The notes beneath the pieces are model-generated. The model made no database searches. It saw only the letters and a list, made by a program, of their open reading frames with translations, and had not been told where the DNA came from. The translations under genes were made by a program, and so were the position numbers. 64,000 nt of DNA from a virus (lineage: Duplodnaviria > Heunggongvirae > Uroviricota > Caudoviricetes), in IMG/VR virus record IMGVR_UViG_2541047715_000004; one strand, 5' to 3'. How positions within the stretch are numbered: position 1 is the stretch's first letter; every line of letters begins with the position of its first letter. This document shows positions 49,747 through 59,886 of this stretch, piece after piece.

Positions 49747-50427
49747 ATGGATGTAAAAATCACGATTTTGCAGGTTGATGTTGCCAACCTTCGCCCGAAT
49801 ACCTGGAACACCAATTCGGTTGGTGCGCAGAATTTTGAAAAACTGAAAGGTTCTATCGAAAAATTGGGCTTTTTTAAGCCAATTTTGGCTCGTGAACTTG
49901 AAGATGGATTTTTTGAAATCCTAGGCGGCGAACATCGCTGGCGTGCTGCTATTGAGCAAGGAATTTCAACGGTTCCGGTGCTTTCTGTGGGCAAAATTAG
50001 CGATGTCGTAGCTAAACAGATGTCACTGGTGGACAACGAGCGATACGGTGAAGACGACCAAATCGCATTGCAACGCTTCATTGAAGAAATTCAGTCAGAA
50101 CTTGACTATCAACTGTCTGAAATCGCCCCGTATGACGACGAAATCTCGATGGTTTTAGCAAAAGAGGCGGCAATCGACCTTGAAGCACTGGAGGCGTTGT
50201 CTCGTGGTAGTGATGAGCCTGTCGATACCGACAAACGAGAGAAAACCGAACGTGTGGGGGCGGAACATCAGACCATGCGCTTCAAAGTAACTTTCGATGC
50301 GTCAGATCGTGTTGCAGAAACCATAAAAAACATCATCAAAGAGCAGGCTATTAACACCGGTAATGAAATGGAGAACGCTGGTGAGGCTCTGGTGTGGCTG
50401 GTCGACTACTACAAGGAGCGTATGTAA
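49747..50427 (+). CDS. ParB/Srx-fold nuclease-domain protein
   Basis: ILGGEHRWRAA matches ParB box II type motif; start taken at MDVKITIL. Confidence 0.55.
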   Translation: MDVKITILQVDVANLRPNTWNTNSVGAQNFEKLKGSIEKLGFFKPILARELEDGFFEILGGEHRWRAAIEQGISTVPVLSVGKISDVVAKQMSLVDNERYGEDDQIALQRFIEEIQSELDYQLSEIAPYDDEISMVLAKEAAIDLEALEALSRGSDEPVDTDKREKTERVGAEHQTMRFKVTFDASDRVAETIKNIIKEQAINTGNEMENAGEALVWLVDYYKERM

Positions 50428-51095
50428 TGACCAAAAAGTTTGAAATCGTATATCGCGACCCGGCAGATCTTATTCCCTATGAGATGAATGCCAAAAAGCA
50501 TGATGAACAGCAGATCCGAGATCTGGCCGCAGCCATTAAAAAGCGCGGATTTGACCAGCCAATTACGGTCGATAAGAACGACGTAATTATTACTGGCCAC
50601 GGCCGCCGTGAGGCTGCAATTTTTGCTGGACTTGAGCGCGTGCCGGTTATTGTTCGCGATGATCTGAGTGATGACGAGGTACGTGCAAAGCGCCTTGAAG
50701 ATAACCGACTTGCCAGCATTGATTACGATGCAATTAAGCTACAGAAAGAGCTTGAGTCGCTTGTTCTGGACGATATCGAGGTTTTCGGCTTCGAAGAGCG
50801 TGAGTTGAATGTTCTCGTTGGCAGTATGACAGAAGAAATGGACACCGACTCGCTAGTTATCGATCTTGGCGAAGAAACTAAACGACAGAAGGATGAACAC
50901 ACCGAGATCAGTCGTGAAGTTGCAGCGGAAGAAGTACGTGTTGTCGACGTATTGGGCTTTAAAACGCTCCCTGCTGGCTCTGCCATTGTTGTTGGTGATT
51001 TGCTTGCCCATATGGAAGAAATGACGGGAGAAAGCGGGGTAGACGCATTTGTGGCATATGCGGAGAAGATCTCTTCCGGGGAGATGGCTGCATGA
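50427..51095 (+). CDS. second ParB/Srx-fold domain protein
   Basis: IITGHGRREAA motif; start taken at MTKKFEIVY, overlapping upstream stop. Confidence 0.55.
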   Translation: MTKKFEIVYRDPADLIPYEMNAKKHDEQQIRDLAAAIKKRGFDQPITVDKNDVIITGHGRREAAIFAGLERVPVIVRDDLSDDEVRAKRLEDNRLASIDYDAIKLQKELESLVLDDIEVFGFEERELNVLVGSMTEEMDTDSLVIDLGEETKRQKDEHTEISREVAAEEVRVVDVLGFKTLPAGSAIVVGDLLAHMEEMTGESGVDAFVAYAEKISSGEMAA

Positions 51096-51757
51096 GCAAA
51101 TACATCATCAACGTATCGTTTCAGACACGCGTAAATAAAACCACGCGCACGTTGGAAATCGCTGAGTCGTTCGGGCTTGGCCTGGACGAAAAAGAGTGGA
51201 CGCTTTACGACAATCTGGAGCTGGAAGTGAAGCAGGGCGATGTGGTGTACATCACCGGCCAATCCGGTTCCGGCAAATCCGTTGTGCTGCGCGAGTTGCA
51301 ACGACAGATGAAGGATGAAGGGCTGTCTGTAGCCTCCATCGATGATTTTACCTTCGATAATGAGGTTAACGTCATCGATCAGTTGGGCAAAACGACCAGT
51401 GATGCGCTTGGGTTGTTATCTATGGCTGGTCTGAACGATGCATATCTGTTTGTTCGCAAGCCTTCTGAAATGTCAGACGGCCAGAAATATCGTCTCAAGA
51501 TTGCCAAACTGATTGAGTCAGGCGCTAAAGTATGGGCTGCTGACGAGTTCGGCGCTGTTCTCGACCGTGTAACCGCTCAGGTTGTGGCGTCTAACCTCCA
51601 GCGTGCCGCTCGAAAGGTTGGTGCGACGGTAATGGTGGCGACGACTCACGAAGACCTGAAGAACGCGCTGCGCCCTGATATGCAGATCACCAAGCACTAC
51701 AAAGAACGCGTGAAGGTGGAATATCACAATGGTAGTCATGATGAGGTCCATTCATGA
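51092..51757 (+). CDS. small ABC-type P-loop ATPase
   Basis: Walker A GQSGSGKS, signature-like SDGQKYRL, Walker B VWAADEF, H-loop-like ATTHED. Confidence 0.55.
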   Translation: MSKYIINVSFQTRVNKTTRTLEIAESFGLGLDEKEWTLYDNLELEVKQGDVVYITGQSGSGKSVVLRELQRQMKDEGLSVASIDDFTFDNEVNVIDQLGKTTSDALGLLSMAGLNDAYLFVRKPSEMSDGQKYRLKIAKLIESGAKVWAADEFGAVLDRVTAQVVASNLQRAARKVGATVMVATTHEDLKNALRPDMQITKHYKERVKVEYHNGSHDEVHS

Positions 51758-52644
51758 CGGACATCATCATTAAACGCTACCGCCCTGAAGAGTTTCCGCG
51801 TCATCTGGACTTTCTGGAGCGAATGACTGTTACAAAGGGAACTGTAGAGGACTGGCACGCTCTTAAATCGCTTCACTACAAAACAGACGGCAAACCTTTC
51901 GCGCCAACATACTATCGCTGCGAACTGGATGACCGTCTGGTGGGCGTCGTGGTTATGGCTTACCCGAAACTTCTGCTGGCACCTCGCCATCGCATGTTTC
52001 CTAAGTTGAAACCAACTACCAATACCACCGTGGCTAACCAGTACTGGGGTCGGTACGTGAATAACAACTTTGCGGTGATCAGCCGCTCAGTTGTGGATAC
52101 TCAGTACCGTGGCGTAGGCGTCTCTTATCGAATGATTAACCTGGTTAGCAGGATGCATGACCGGCCAATCATTGAGATCCAGTCATCGATGAGCAAATAC
52201 AATCCCTTCGCCATGAAAGCAGGGTTTAAGTTCATCCGCCCTGAGCGACCGAAGAGCTATGAAAGTGCACTGCGTGTATTCCAGCGCCATTTCCGTTCCG
52301 ACCCGGGTGATAACGAGGCGATCGTCAAAGAGTTGTTCGCAATGAGCGAGTCTCGTCGTCGCCGTGCACTGCGTGATCTGGTGGCGGACTACCACAAGAA
52401 CAGTTCCCTGGCAAAAGCTGGGCGGAATCGTGGCACGACGATTCAGGACATTGCCGACAGTCTGGTGGACGAGGCCAGCATTGTGAAGCTGCTCAAGGAC
52501 ATTCACAACCTGAGCTTTACGTCTCCGTTGTATGGTGTGTACCGAAACCCTGACTTTGGCCGTCGACTGCCTGACACGCTGCCACTGCTGGCATTCGACA
52601 AACAACCTTTGGATAAACCGTTAGAAATTGCTTTACCGGCATAA
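51754..52644 (+). CDS. hypothetical protein, possibly GNAT-fold
   Basis: YRGVGVSYRM resembles acetyl-CoA binding motif R/QxxGxG/A; weak. Confidence 0.3.
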   Translation: MTDIIIKRYRPEEFPRHLDFLERMTVTKGTVEDWHALKSLHYKTDGKPFAPTYYRCELDDRLVGVVVMAYPKLLLAPRHRMFPKLKPTTNTTVANQYWGRYVNNNFAVISRSVVDTQYRGVGVSYRMINLVSRMHDRPIIEIQSSMSKYNPFAMKAGFKFIRPERPKSYESALRVFQRHFRSDPGDNEAIVKELFAMSESRRRRALRDLVADYHKNSSLAKAGRNRGTTIQDIADSLVDEASIVKLLKDIHNLSFTSPLYGVYRNPDFGRRLPDTLPLLAFDKQPLDKPLEIALPA

Positions 52645-52653
52645 GGATTTGCC

Positions 52654-52920
52654 ATGACGTTAACCGATAAACAAAAGGACATCATCAAAACGCTCAATCT
52701 CGGTTATGAGCGAGGTCATCTACTTGACCTGGACGAATTGCTTGAAGTTTTGCCGTACAAGACAACCAAGCAAAGTATCCAGTTCTCAATTCGCGCTCTG
52801 ATAAAAAAGGGGCTGGTGGAGAAAGGGCATACGCGCCAACGCAGTGACAATCGCTATCACCGCCGGACTCTTGGGTTAACCACTTTAGGTCGAGCCAAAG
52901 CGAAGTTACTGGTGATGTAA
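52654..52920 (+). CDS. small putative DNA-binding protein
   Basis: 88 aa, basic C-terminus; helix-turn-helix-like segment. Confidence 0.35.
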   Translation: MTLTDKQKDIIKTLNLGYERGHLLDLDELLEVLPYKTTKQSIQFSIRALIKKGLVEKGHTRQRSDNRYHRRTLGLTTLGRAKAKLLVM

Positions 52921-52943
52921 TCGGTCTGGGAGCTTATTTAAAG

Positions 52944-52999
52944 ACCTGCTTCTGTATATAAATAATAAGTAACTTATTAAATATATACGGAAGCAGGCT
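52944..52999. repeat. palindromic element CCTGCTTCTGTATATA...TATACGGAAGCAGG (copy 2)
   Basis: Near-identical arms to 23224-23282. Confidence 0.6.
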
Positions 53000-53113
53000 T
53001 CGTAAGACATGCCAGACCTAATTAAACACCCCAGAAAACAAGTTGGTTAGCAGATGCAGTAAACAAGTTGTTTTAGAGCGCATGGACGCGCTCTGTGTGT
53101 TTTAGAGGGATCT

Positions 53114-53746
53114 ATGACGGTCGAAAAAGACGAGGTAAAAACTCGCCTGACACCAGCGGAGTGGGCCGAAGCTGAAGCCAAATGGACGTCAGGCGAATAT
53201 ACACTCTCAAAGCTGGAGGAAGAGTACGGCATTCGTCGTGAAACACTCTCCAGACATTTCAAAAAGCGAGGATTAGAGAAAGGCGCGGACTCTGTTGGGA
53301 AGATGGTTCGTGAGTCTCTTAAATCTGACGCAGAGCTTCGCGCTAAAGCCCGTGCGGAAAAGATAGAAGAACGTCGTACACGTTATGACGGCTGGGCGTA
53401 TGCGTTGGGGCAGATGGTGATGGTCGAAGTCACTACGGCCAAACGTGAGGGTAAGCCTTTAGGGGCGATTGAGGATTCTCTCAAGAGCTTACAGAGAGCC
53501 AGTAATACCCTTGCAAAATGCTTTGAAGTTTCGTCCAAAGCATTGGGCATGGATCATGCGGAAAATGACGAGGAAGAAATTCCGAACCTGGTATTTGGTG
53601 AGCTTACGCCTTCCCAGGTGGCGAAATTACGTCAGGAAGACGACGAGCCTGAAATCATCGATGACGAATTGCTTGAGACGTTGGAAGAAGAAGCTCTAAG
53701 CGAATTTGATGCGACAGATGATGGAATTGAAGGGGAGGACGAATAA
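53114..53746 (+). CDS. putative terminase small subunit
   Basis: Position directly upstream of large terminase; N-terminal HTH-like segment, acidic C-terminus. Confidence 0.5.
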   Translation: MTVEKDEVKTRLTPAEWAEAEAKWTSGEYTLSKLEEEYGIRRETLSRHFKKRGLEKGADSVGKMVRESLKSDAELRAKARAEKIEERRTRYDGWAYALGQMVMVEVTTAKREGKPLGAIEDSLKSLQRASNTLAKCFEVSSKALGMDHAENDEEEIPNLVFGELTPSQVAKLRQEDDEPEIIDDELLETLEEEALSEFDATDDGIEGEDE

Positions 53747-55002
53747 TGGCAATCCCGTCCTCGCTCAGTCTTGTGCAACTGCATTCTGGACAGATGAAAG
53801 TCTTCCAGTCTCCGCATCGATTTAAAGTTGTTTGTGCTGGTCGACGCTGGGGAAAATCCCGGTTGTCGATCTCCACTATTATTCGTGCGGCGGCAAAGGA
53901 AAAAAAGCAAAGAGTCTGGTATGTCGCTCCTACTTACCAGATGGCTCGCCAGATTTTGTGGGACGATCTACAGGAAGTTCTGCCTCGTAAGTGGGTTAGG
54001 AAAAAGAACGACACCACGATGACAATCGTGTTGAAGAACGGTTCGGAGATCGCCCTCAAAGGTGCTGATAAGCCTGACACTCTGCGCGGCGTAGCGTTGC
54101 ATTTTGTAGTGCTTGATGAATTTCAGGATATGAAGGCTGACACCTGGTACAAGGTGTTACGACCTACTCTTTCATCGACACGCGGCGGTGCACTGATCAT
54201 TGGTACGCCAAAAGGCTTCTCGGAATTTCACAAACTGTGGACTATAGGCCAGAACGTAGAGCTGCAAAGAAAGGGACAGTGGAAGAGCTGGCAGTTTGTA
54301 ACTGCCGATTCTCCGTTTGTACCTACGGCGGAAATTGAAGCTGCTAAGAACGATATGGACCCGAAATCGTTCGCTCAGGAGTACCTGGCGAGCTTTGAGA
54401 ACATGTCCGGGCGCGTTTACTACCCGTTCGATCGTAACGTGCATGTAAAACCGCTTCAGTTCAACCCTCGGTTGCCTATATGGGTAGGGCAGGACTTCAA
54501 CATTGACCCGATGTCTTCAGTAATTTTGCAACCTCAGCCAAATGGTGAGCTATGGGCAATTGATGAATTGGTGCTCTTTTCCTCTAACACGGCAGAGGTT
54601 TGTGATGAGCTTGAGAGACGCTTCTGGCGCTGGAAATCACAGATAACGGTATTTCCAGATCCGGCAGGTGCTTATCGCCAACATGCTCGCGGGGAGTCTG
54701 ACGTCGACATATTCAAAGAGAAGGGATTCTTACGTGTCGATTATTCGAAAAAGCACCCGCCAATTGCGGATCGTGTTAATGCTGTTAACCGAATGCTGAT
54801 GTCCGCATCTGGAGATATCCGGCTGTATATCGATCCGAAGTGCAAGCATTTGATTGATTCACTGGAAAAAGTCATCTACAAGCCTGGAACACGAGATATG
54901 GATAAGACAGGTGGCATTGAGCATAGTGCAGACGCATTGGGCTATCCAGTACATCGTAGGTATCCAGTCAAAAACCGTGTTATTCTTGGTGGTTCTCGAT
55001 AG
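53746..55002 (+). CDS. terminase large subunit
   Basis: Walker A-like VVCAGRRWGKS, Walker B VVLDEF, C-terminal nuclease-like region with conserved Asp residues. Confidence 0.75.
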   Translation: MAIPSSLSLVQLHSGQMKVFQSPHRFKVVCAGRRWGKSRLSISTIIRAAAKEKKQRVWYVAPTYQMARQILWDDLQEVLPRKWVRKKNDTTMTIVLKNGSEIALKGADKPDTLRGVALHFVVLDEFQDMKADTWYKVLRPTLSSTRGGALIIGTPKGFSEFHKLWTIGQNVELQRKGQWKSWQFVTADSPFVPTAEIEAAKNDMDPKSFAQEYLASFENMSGRVYYPFDRNVHVKPLQFNPRLPIWVGQDFNIDPMSSVILQPQPNGELWAIDELVLFSSNTAEVCDELERRFWRWKSQITVFPDPAGAYRQHARGESDVDIFKEKGFLRVDYSKKHPPIADRVNAVNRMLMSASGDIRLYIDPKCKHLIDSLEKVIYKPGTRDMDKTGGIEHSADALGYPVHRRYPVKNRVILGGSR

Positions 55003-55028
55003 GTAAGTAATTATCTAAGGTTATTCAA

Positions 55029-56603
55029 ATGGAATTGAACGACAAACAAATTAAGGATCTGGTGGCGCGACGCCACCCGGAATACGAAAAGAAAAAAGAA
55101 CATTGGGACTTCCTCGCCAGCACTTACGCTGGCGGGCGTGGTTGGTTTACAGACAATATCTTTCGTTACTTTAAAGAGGGAGATCAGGAGTTTAAGGAGC
55201 GAGTTGAACGTGCTTATCGCTTCAACCACACTCGTGAGGTGGTAAACCTCATCAACAAATATCTCTTTAAAGAAGACATTCATAGAAATATCGAAGAGGC
55301 ACCAGAGCAGATCCGCAATTTCTGGAAACGTGCGACTCGCCAGAATGCCTCTATTGACTCATTTATGGCCGCTATTGATTTGCAGTCGTCTATTTACGGT
55401 CGCATATGGGTTGTTGTCGATAGCACGATGAGTGGTGATGTTGAGTCAGTAGCTGACGAGAAAAAGAAAGATGCTCGCGCCTACGCCTACTGGATTTCAC
55501 CTCAGCAAATGCTGGATGTGGCATGGGACGACGACGGGAATATGTTGTGGGCGTTAATTGTGGAAGTCGCTCGTGATGACGCAGATCCTTTTACTTCTAC
55601 AGGTCAGGAATACCAACGTTATCGTCTGTGGACACAAAACGAGTGGTATCTGTTCCGTGAGGAAGTGAAGAAGGGCGCTGGTGGAGCAGGTCGCCGTCAG
55701 GCAAAAGTTATTTTAGAGGATAGCGGTGAGCATAATCTCGGCGTAGTTCCTGTGTTTCCTGTTGATTGTATTGGAGAAAGTGAATCACCGTATTTCAGCC
55801 CATCGTTGATCGATGATATCGCTTATCTTGATCGTGCGGTTGCAAACTATCTGTCAAACCTTGATGCCATTATTCAGGATCAGACATTTAGCCAGTTGGC
55901 TATACCGGTACAGTCGCTTTTACCTGGTGATGAAAACCACACTAAAGTGCTTGAAATGGGCACAAAGCGAGTCTTCACCTACGATTCTGAAGGTGGAAAC
56001 CAGCCGTTTTATCTGTCACCAGACCCGAAACAAGCTCAGATGATCATCACTACGATTAAGACGGTGATTAACGAAATCTACCATTCAGTTGGTGTAGCTG
56101 GTGAGCGAACGAAGCAGGACAACGCACAGGGAATCGATAACTCATCTGGTGCCGCAAAAATGTATGACTTCCAGCGTGTAAATAGCTTGCTTGTCACAAA
56201 AGCAGAGCGTCTGGAAAGGGCTGAACGCCAAATCATGCTACTGGTTGCGAAATGGATGGGGGTAGATCTGGACGAAGACCACTCATTAATTGCGTATCCA
56301 GAAAGTTTCGATATTCGTGGCCTTACTGATGAATTTTCTGTTGCCGAGAAACTGTCGTTACTTCAGGCACCGGACTCTGTACGTCGTCACCAGATGGAAA
56401 TGCTGATTGAGAAGATTTTCCCGAACATCACTGAGGCGATGAAGAAGGAATTTGATAAAGATCTCTTGAATTTTCCGCCAAAAAATGATCTAAATACTCT
56501 TGAAAATAAGTCAGTACTTACTTATGATCAAGGCGCAGCCCAAGAAAGCGGGCAAGATCAACCCCGAGGGAATGGGGACTCATCTACTCAAGAGAACGAG
56601 TGA
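55029..56603 (+). CDS. portal protein
   Basis: 524 aa, immediately after terminase, before scaffold and capsid genes. Confidence 0.6.
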   Translation: MELNDKQIKDLVARRHPEYEKKKEHWDFLASTYAGGRGWFTDNIFRYFKEGDQEFKERVERAYRFNHTREVVNLINKYLFKEDIHRNIEEAPEQIRNFWKRATRQNASIDSFMAAIDLQSSIYGRIWVVVDSTMSGDVESVADEKKKDARAYAYWISPQQMLDVAWDDDGNMLWALIVEVARDDADPFTSTGQEYQRYRLWTQNEWYLFREEVKKGAGGAGRRQAKVILEDSGEHNLGVVPVFPVDCIGESESPYFSPSLIDDIAYLDRAVANYLSNLDAIIQDQTFSQLAIPVQSLLPGDENHTKVLEMGTKRVFTYDSEGGNQPFYLSPDPKQAQMIITTIKTVINEIYHSVGVAGERTKQDNAQGIDNSSGAAKMYDFQRVNSLLVTKAERLERAERQIMLLVAKWMGVDLDEDHSLIAYPESFDIRGLTDEFSVAEKLSLLQAPDSVRRHQMEMLIEKIFPNITEAMKKEFDKDLLNFPPKNDLNTLENKSVLTYDQGAAQESGQDQPRGNGDSSTQENE

Positions 56604-56624
56604 TAAGTAACAAAGGGAATTTTT

Positions 56625-57512
56625 ATGCAACTGTGGCAAATGCTTTTGGCCCGTCGTGGTCTGATGGGTGTTGCTGAAGCGCATGAGCGTGGAGGCGCTG
56701 GCGGTGTAGCTGCTGATAATGAGCAGAGTACACAAGATCCTGACAAACAGGGTGAACAAAAAGAGCAGCCGAAGGGCGATGACGAATACGCTGGCATGAC
56801 TCAGGAAGAGTTACTGGCCGAACTTCGTAAAACCAAGAAAGCTGGTGCTGAACTGCTGAAGGAGAACATGAAGCGCAAAGAGAAAGAGCGCACATTGGCC
56901 GATCAGCTTGCTCAGTACGGTGATATCGATCCGGCTCGTGCTCGCCAGCTTTTAGAAGCTGAACAGGCCGCAGAAAACGCACGTCGTGAGGCGGAGCAAG
57001 CTGAACTGGAGCGTCGTGGTGAGTTCGATGCTGTTAAAAAACAGATGATCGAAGCACACCAGGCAGAGCTGGCACAGCGTGACGAACGTTATGCAGCACT
57101 GGAAAGTGAAAACGCATCACTGAAATCTCAATTAGTCGAGATGACCGTGGGCGCTTCCTTCAGTAACTCTCTCTTCCTACGTGACAAAGTTCTGATGACC
57201 CCGGCAAAAGCCCGCGTGATCTACGGTTCTCATTTTGAAGTGGGTGAAGACGGTAGCGTAGTGGGTTATGACAAACCGGCAGGTCACAAAGAACGAGCTG
57301 TTCTGGTTGACGGTGAAGGTAAGCCGTTGCCGTTTGAATCCGCGATTGAACGCATTGTGCGGGCAGATCCGGAAGCTGACGCATTGATGCGTAGCGAAGC
57401 CAAGCAGGGTGTAGGCTCACATTCCAAATCGACCTACACAATATCCCAACCGAAGAACAAGTCGACTATGGATAAGTTGGCCTCCGGTCTGGGGAAAATT
57501 GGACTTAAGTAA
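56625..57512 (+). CDS. scaffolding protein
   Basis: Coiled-coil-rich, charged, between portal and capsid genes. Confidence 0.5.
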   Translation: MQLWQMLLARRGLMGVAEAHERGGAGGVAADNEQSTQDPDKQGEQKEQPKGDDEYAGMTQEELLAELRKTKKAGAELLKENMKRKEKERTLADQLAQYGDIDPARARQLLEAEQAAENARREAEQAELERRGEFDAVKKQMIEAHQAELAQRDERYAALESENASLKSQLVEMTVGASFSNSLFLRDKVLMTPAKARVIYGSHFEVGEDGSVVGYDKPAGHKERAVLVDGEGKPLPFESAIERIVRADPEADALMRSEAKQGVGSHSKSTYTISQPKNKSTMDKLASGLGKIGLK

Positions 57513-57537
57513 CATCTAAATCAAAGGGAATTGATAG

Positions 57538-58413
57538 ATGCCATTACTGCGTGAAGAAGCTGAAAAGCTGTCTAACAACGAACTTGAACAGGGTGTGATC
57601 GAAACTATCATCGATCGCGATGACCTGTTTGCCATCCTGCCTTTTATGAAAATTAATTCAAAGGCATATCTGTACAACCGTGAAAAAACGCTGAGTGAAG
57701 CTACCTTCATCGACGTTAACGACACCATCCCTGAAGGTGCAGCAACCTTCGAAGAATGCGTTGCGAAACTGCGTATTCTGGCTGGTGACGTAGACGTTGA
57801 TAAATTCCTGGCGACCACTATGGCCGACACCAACAACCAGTTGGCTATTCAGGTTCGTCAGAAAGTTAAAGGTCTGGCTCGTGCGTTCCGTCGCAACCTG
57901 ATTTTGGGTGACTCCAGCTCCAACAACAAGGCGTTTGACGGCATTCCACGCCTGATGCACGCAGATCAGAAGATCGATATCGCCGGTGCATCTATGACTT
58001 TCTCTATGTTCGACGAACTGGTCGATGCGGTGAAAGATCTTGGTGCTGACTGCATCATGATGCGTTCAGAGCACCTGCGTGCTTACCGTGCGCTGCTGCG
58101 TACAGTAAACGTAGGCCCGTCTGAAATCATGATGGAGAACTTCGGTCGTCCGATGCTGTGTCATAACGGCGTTCCGTTCATCATCAACGACTTCATCCCG
58201 ACCGATTCTGGCAAAGCAAGCATCTACTGCCTGCATCTGTCAGAAGAGAACGGCGTTACTGGTCTGTATGGCGGCGACAACGCAGGTATCGTTGTTGAAA
58301 ACATTGGCACTGTACAGAACAAAGACGCAGTACGTACCCGTGTGAAGTGGTACTGCTCTCTGGCGAATAAGCACGATAAGGCTATCGCTGCACTGACCAA
58401 TGTAAAAATTTAA
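57538..58413 (+). CDS. major capsid protein
   Basis: Position after scaffold, size 291 aa, followed by strong terminator. Confidence 0.55.
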   Translation: MPLLREEAEKLSNNELEQGVIETIIDRDDLFAILPFMKINSKAYLYNREKTLSEATFIDVNDTIPEGAATFEECVAKLRILAGDVDVDKFLATTMADTNNQLAIQVRQKVKGLARAFRRNLILGDSSSNNKAFDGIPRLMHADQKIDIAGASMTFSMFDELVDAVKDLGADCIMMRSEHLRAYRALLRTVNVGPSEIMMENFGRPMLCHNGVPFIINDFIPTDSGKASIYCLHLSEENGVTGLYGGDNAGIVVENIGTVQNKDAVRTRVKWYCSLANKHDKAIAALTNVKI

Positions 58414-58445
58414 TCAGTGCAGTAGATAAGTAATTATCTATGTTA

Positions 58446-58475
58446 AAGGGTGGGCTATACGCCCACCCTTTTTGT
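58446..58475 (+). terminator. rho-independent terminator
   Basis: Hairpin aagggtgggc-tata-cgcccaccctt followed by TTTTT. Confidence 0.7.
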
Positions 58476-58486
58476 AGGAGCAAGAA

Positions 58487-59407
58487 ATGCCAGAACAAAA
58501 GATGAAGATTACGGAAGAAGCATTTTCGGATTTTACGGGGCATATGTGCCGCGCCGGATTTACCAATTCTATCTCCGATGAACCTTTAACCGAGCGGCAA
58601 CAAAGTCAGCTATCTGCTTGTTTGCAGGCGGTTCCCCTCTCCCAATCCGTAAACATAACCCCGGCTTCACCGTCAGTTTTGGTTGGGAAAACTGTTCAAC
58701 TTAGTGCAGGTATTAGTATGGGTAAGAGTGCCAGTTCATTCACCTGGAAGTCAGCGAATGATCAAATTGCAACCGTTAACGGCACTGGATTAGTAACTGG
58801 TGTAGCACCAGGCAAAGTAAAAATTACTGCAACTGATCAGGAAACCCAGCTTTCCGCGTCAGTGGAAGTCACCGTAAATCCGGTAGCCGTTCAATCCGTA
58901 ACGGTAACGCCAGACTCAACCTCTGTTGAGAAAGGGAAATCAGTCAGTCTGAAAGCGAATGTTCAGCCGTCAAATGCGACGAATAAGGCTGTTACCTGGT
59001 CTTCAAAAAATGAAGATAAGGCAACGGTAGACCAGAGCGGGAACGTTACTGGTGTAGAAGTTGGCACTGCGACGATTGAGATCGTTTCCCAAGATGGCAG
59101 CAAAAAGGCAACTGCAACGGTGGAAGTAACTGCGCCTGTTGTGGCTGTTACCGCCGTCGAAATCGACCCAAATAGCACAACCGTTGAGGCAAACAAAACT
59201 GTTCAGCTGACCGCAAATGTCGAGCCGGCAGGAGCCACAAATAAAACCGTTACTTGGGAATCCAAAAATACCGAGTTTGCAACGGTTGACAGCGAAACCG
59301 GTGTTGTAACTGGTGTTGCGGCTGGTACTGCCACAATCGAGGTTACTACCCAAGATGGTAGCCACAAAGCGACAGCAACTGTAGAAGTTACTGCCGCACA
59401 GGAATAA
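58487..59407 (+). CDS. Ig-like (Big_2-type) repeat protein, likely capsid decoration
   Basis: Three repeats of VT..P.S..V...K.V.L.A.V.P..ATNK.VTW.S....ATVD..G.VTGV..GTATI. Confidence 0.55.
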   Translation: MPEQKMKITEEAFSDFTGHMCRAGFTNSISDEPLTERQQSQLSACLQAVPLSQSVNITPASPSVLVGKTVQLSAGISMGKSASSFTWKSANDQIATVNGTGLVTGVAPGKVKITATDQETQLSASVEVTVNPVAVQSVTVTPDSTSVEKGKSVSLKANVQPSNATNKAVTWSSKNEDKATVDQSGNVTGVEVGTATIEIVSQDGSKKATATVEVTAPVVAVTAVEIDPNSTTVEANKTVQLTANVEPAGATNKTVTWESKNTEFATVDSETGVVTGVAAGTATIEVTTQDGSHKATATVEVTAAQE

Positions 59408-59451
59408 CCGATATTGGGCGGCTTTCGCCGCCAAAGTGGAGAGAAAGCGTT

Positions 59452-59886
59452 ATGAAACCAGCAAAAATTGTTTTATTAGAACCGCAATTTTCCGGTTATT
59501 CGGGAATGTTGTGCGGCGTTCAGTTCGAGAACGGGGTGTCCGTAGCGGAGTTGCCTTTTATCGATCAGCAAAGGATTTGTGCCTCAATGCGAGCATCAAC
59601 AGTAGAGGGCAAAAATGTTTCTCCGTCTGCCGCATACAGTGATCGTGGTGGATTGACAGCAGACCTGATTACCGAGCCAGCAGCGCCTGACATTGTGCCA
59701 ATGAAACGTGGGACACCAGATGAACCGGCCAAACAGATCCAGACTTTCACACGAGAAGAACTGGAGTCAATTGCAGACAACGAAGGTATTGCCGGTCTAC
59801 GAGTTATTGGTAATCAGGTTGGTGTCAAAGCGAAAGGAATTGTCGAAATGATTGACGGCATCCTGAAAGCACAAGGTGGTGAGTAA
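59452..59886 (+). CDS. hypothetical structural protein
   Basis: 144-aa ORF in head/tail module. Confidence 0.4.
   Translation: MKPAKIVLLEPQFSGYSGMLCGVQFENGVSVAELPFIDQQRICASMRASTVEGKNVSPSAAYSDRGGLTADLITEPAAPDIVPMKRGTPDEPAKQIQTFTREELESIADNEGIAGLRVIGNQVGVKAKGIVEMIDGILKAQGGE

Noticed and set aside
50723-51301. 192-aa minus-strand ORF
   Set aside because: Antisense to ParB-like and ATPase genes; Ser/Thr-rich low-complexity translation.
59003-59434. 143-aa minus-strand ORF
   Set aside because: Antisense to the Ig-like repeat gene.
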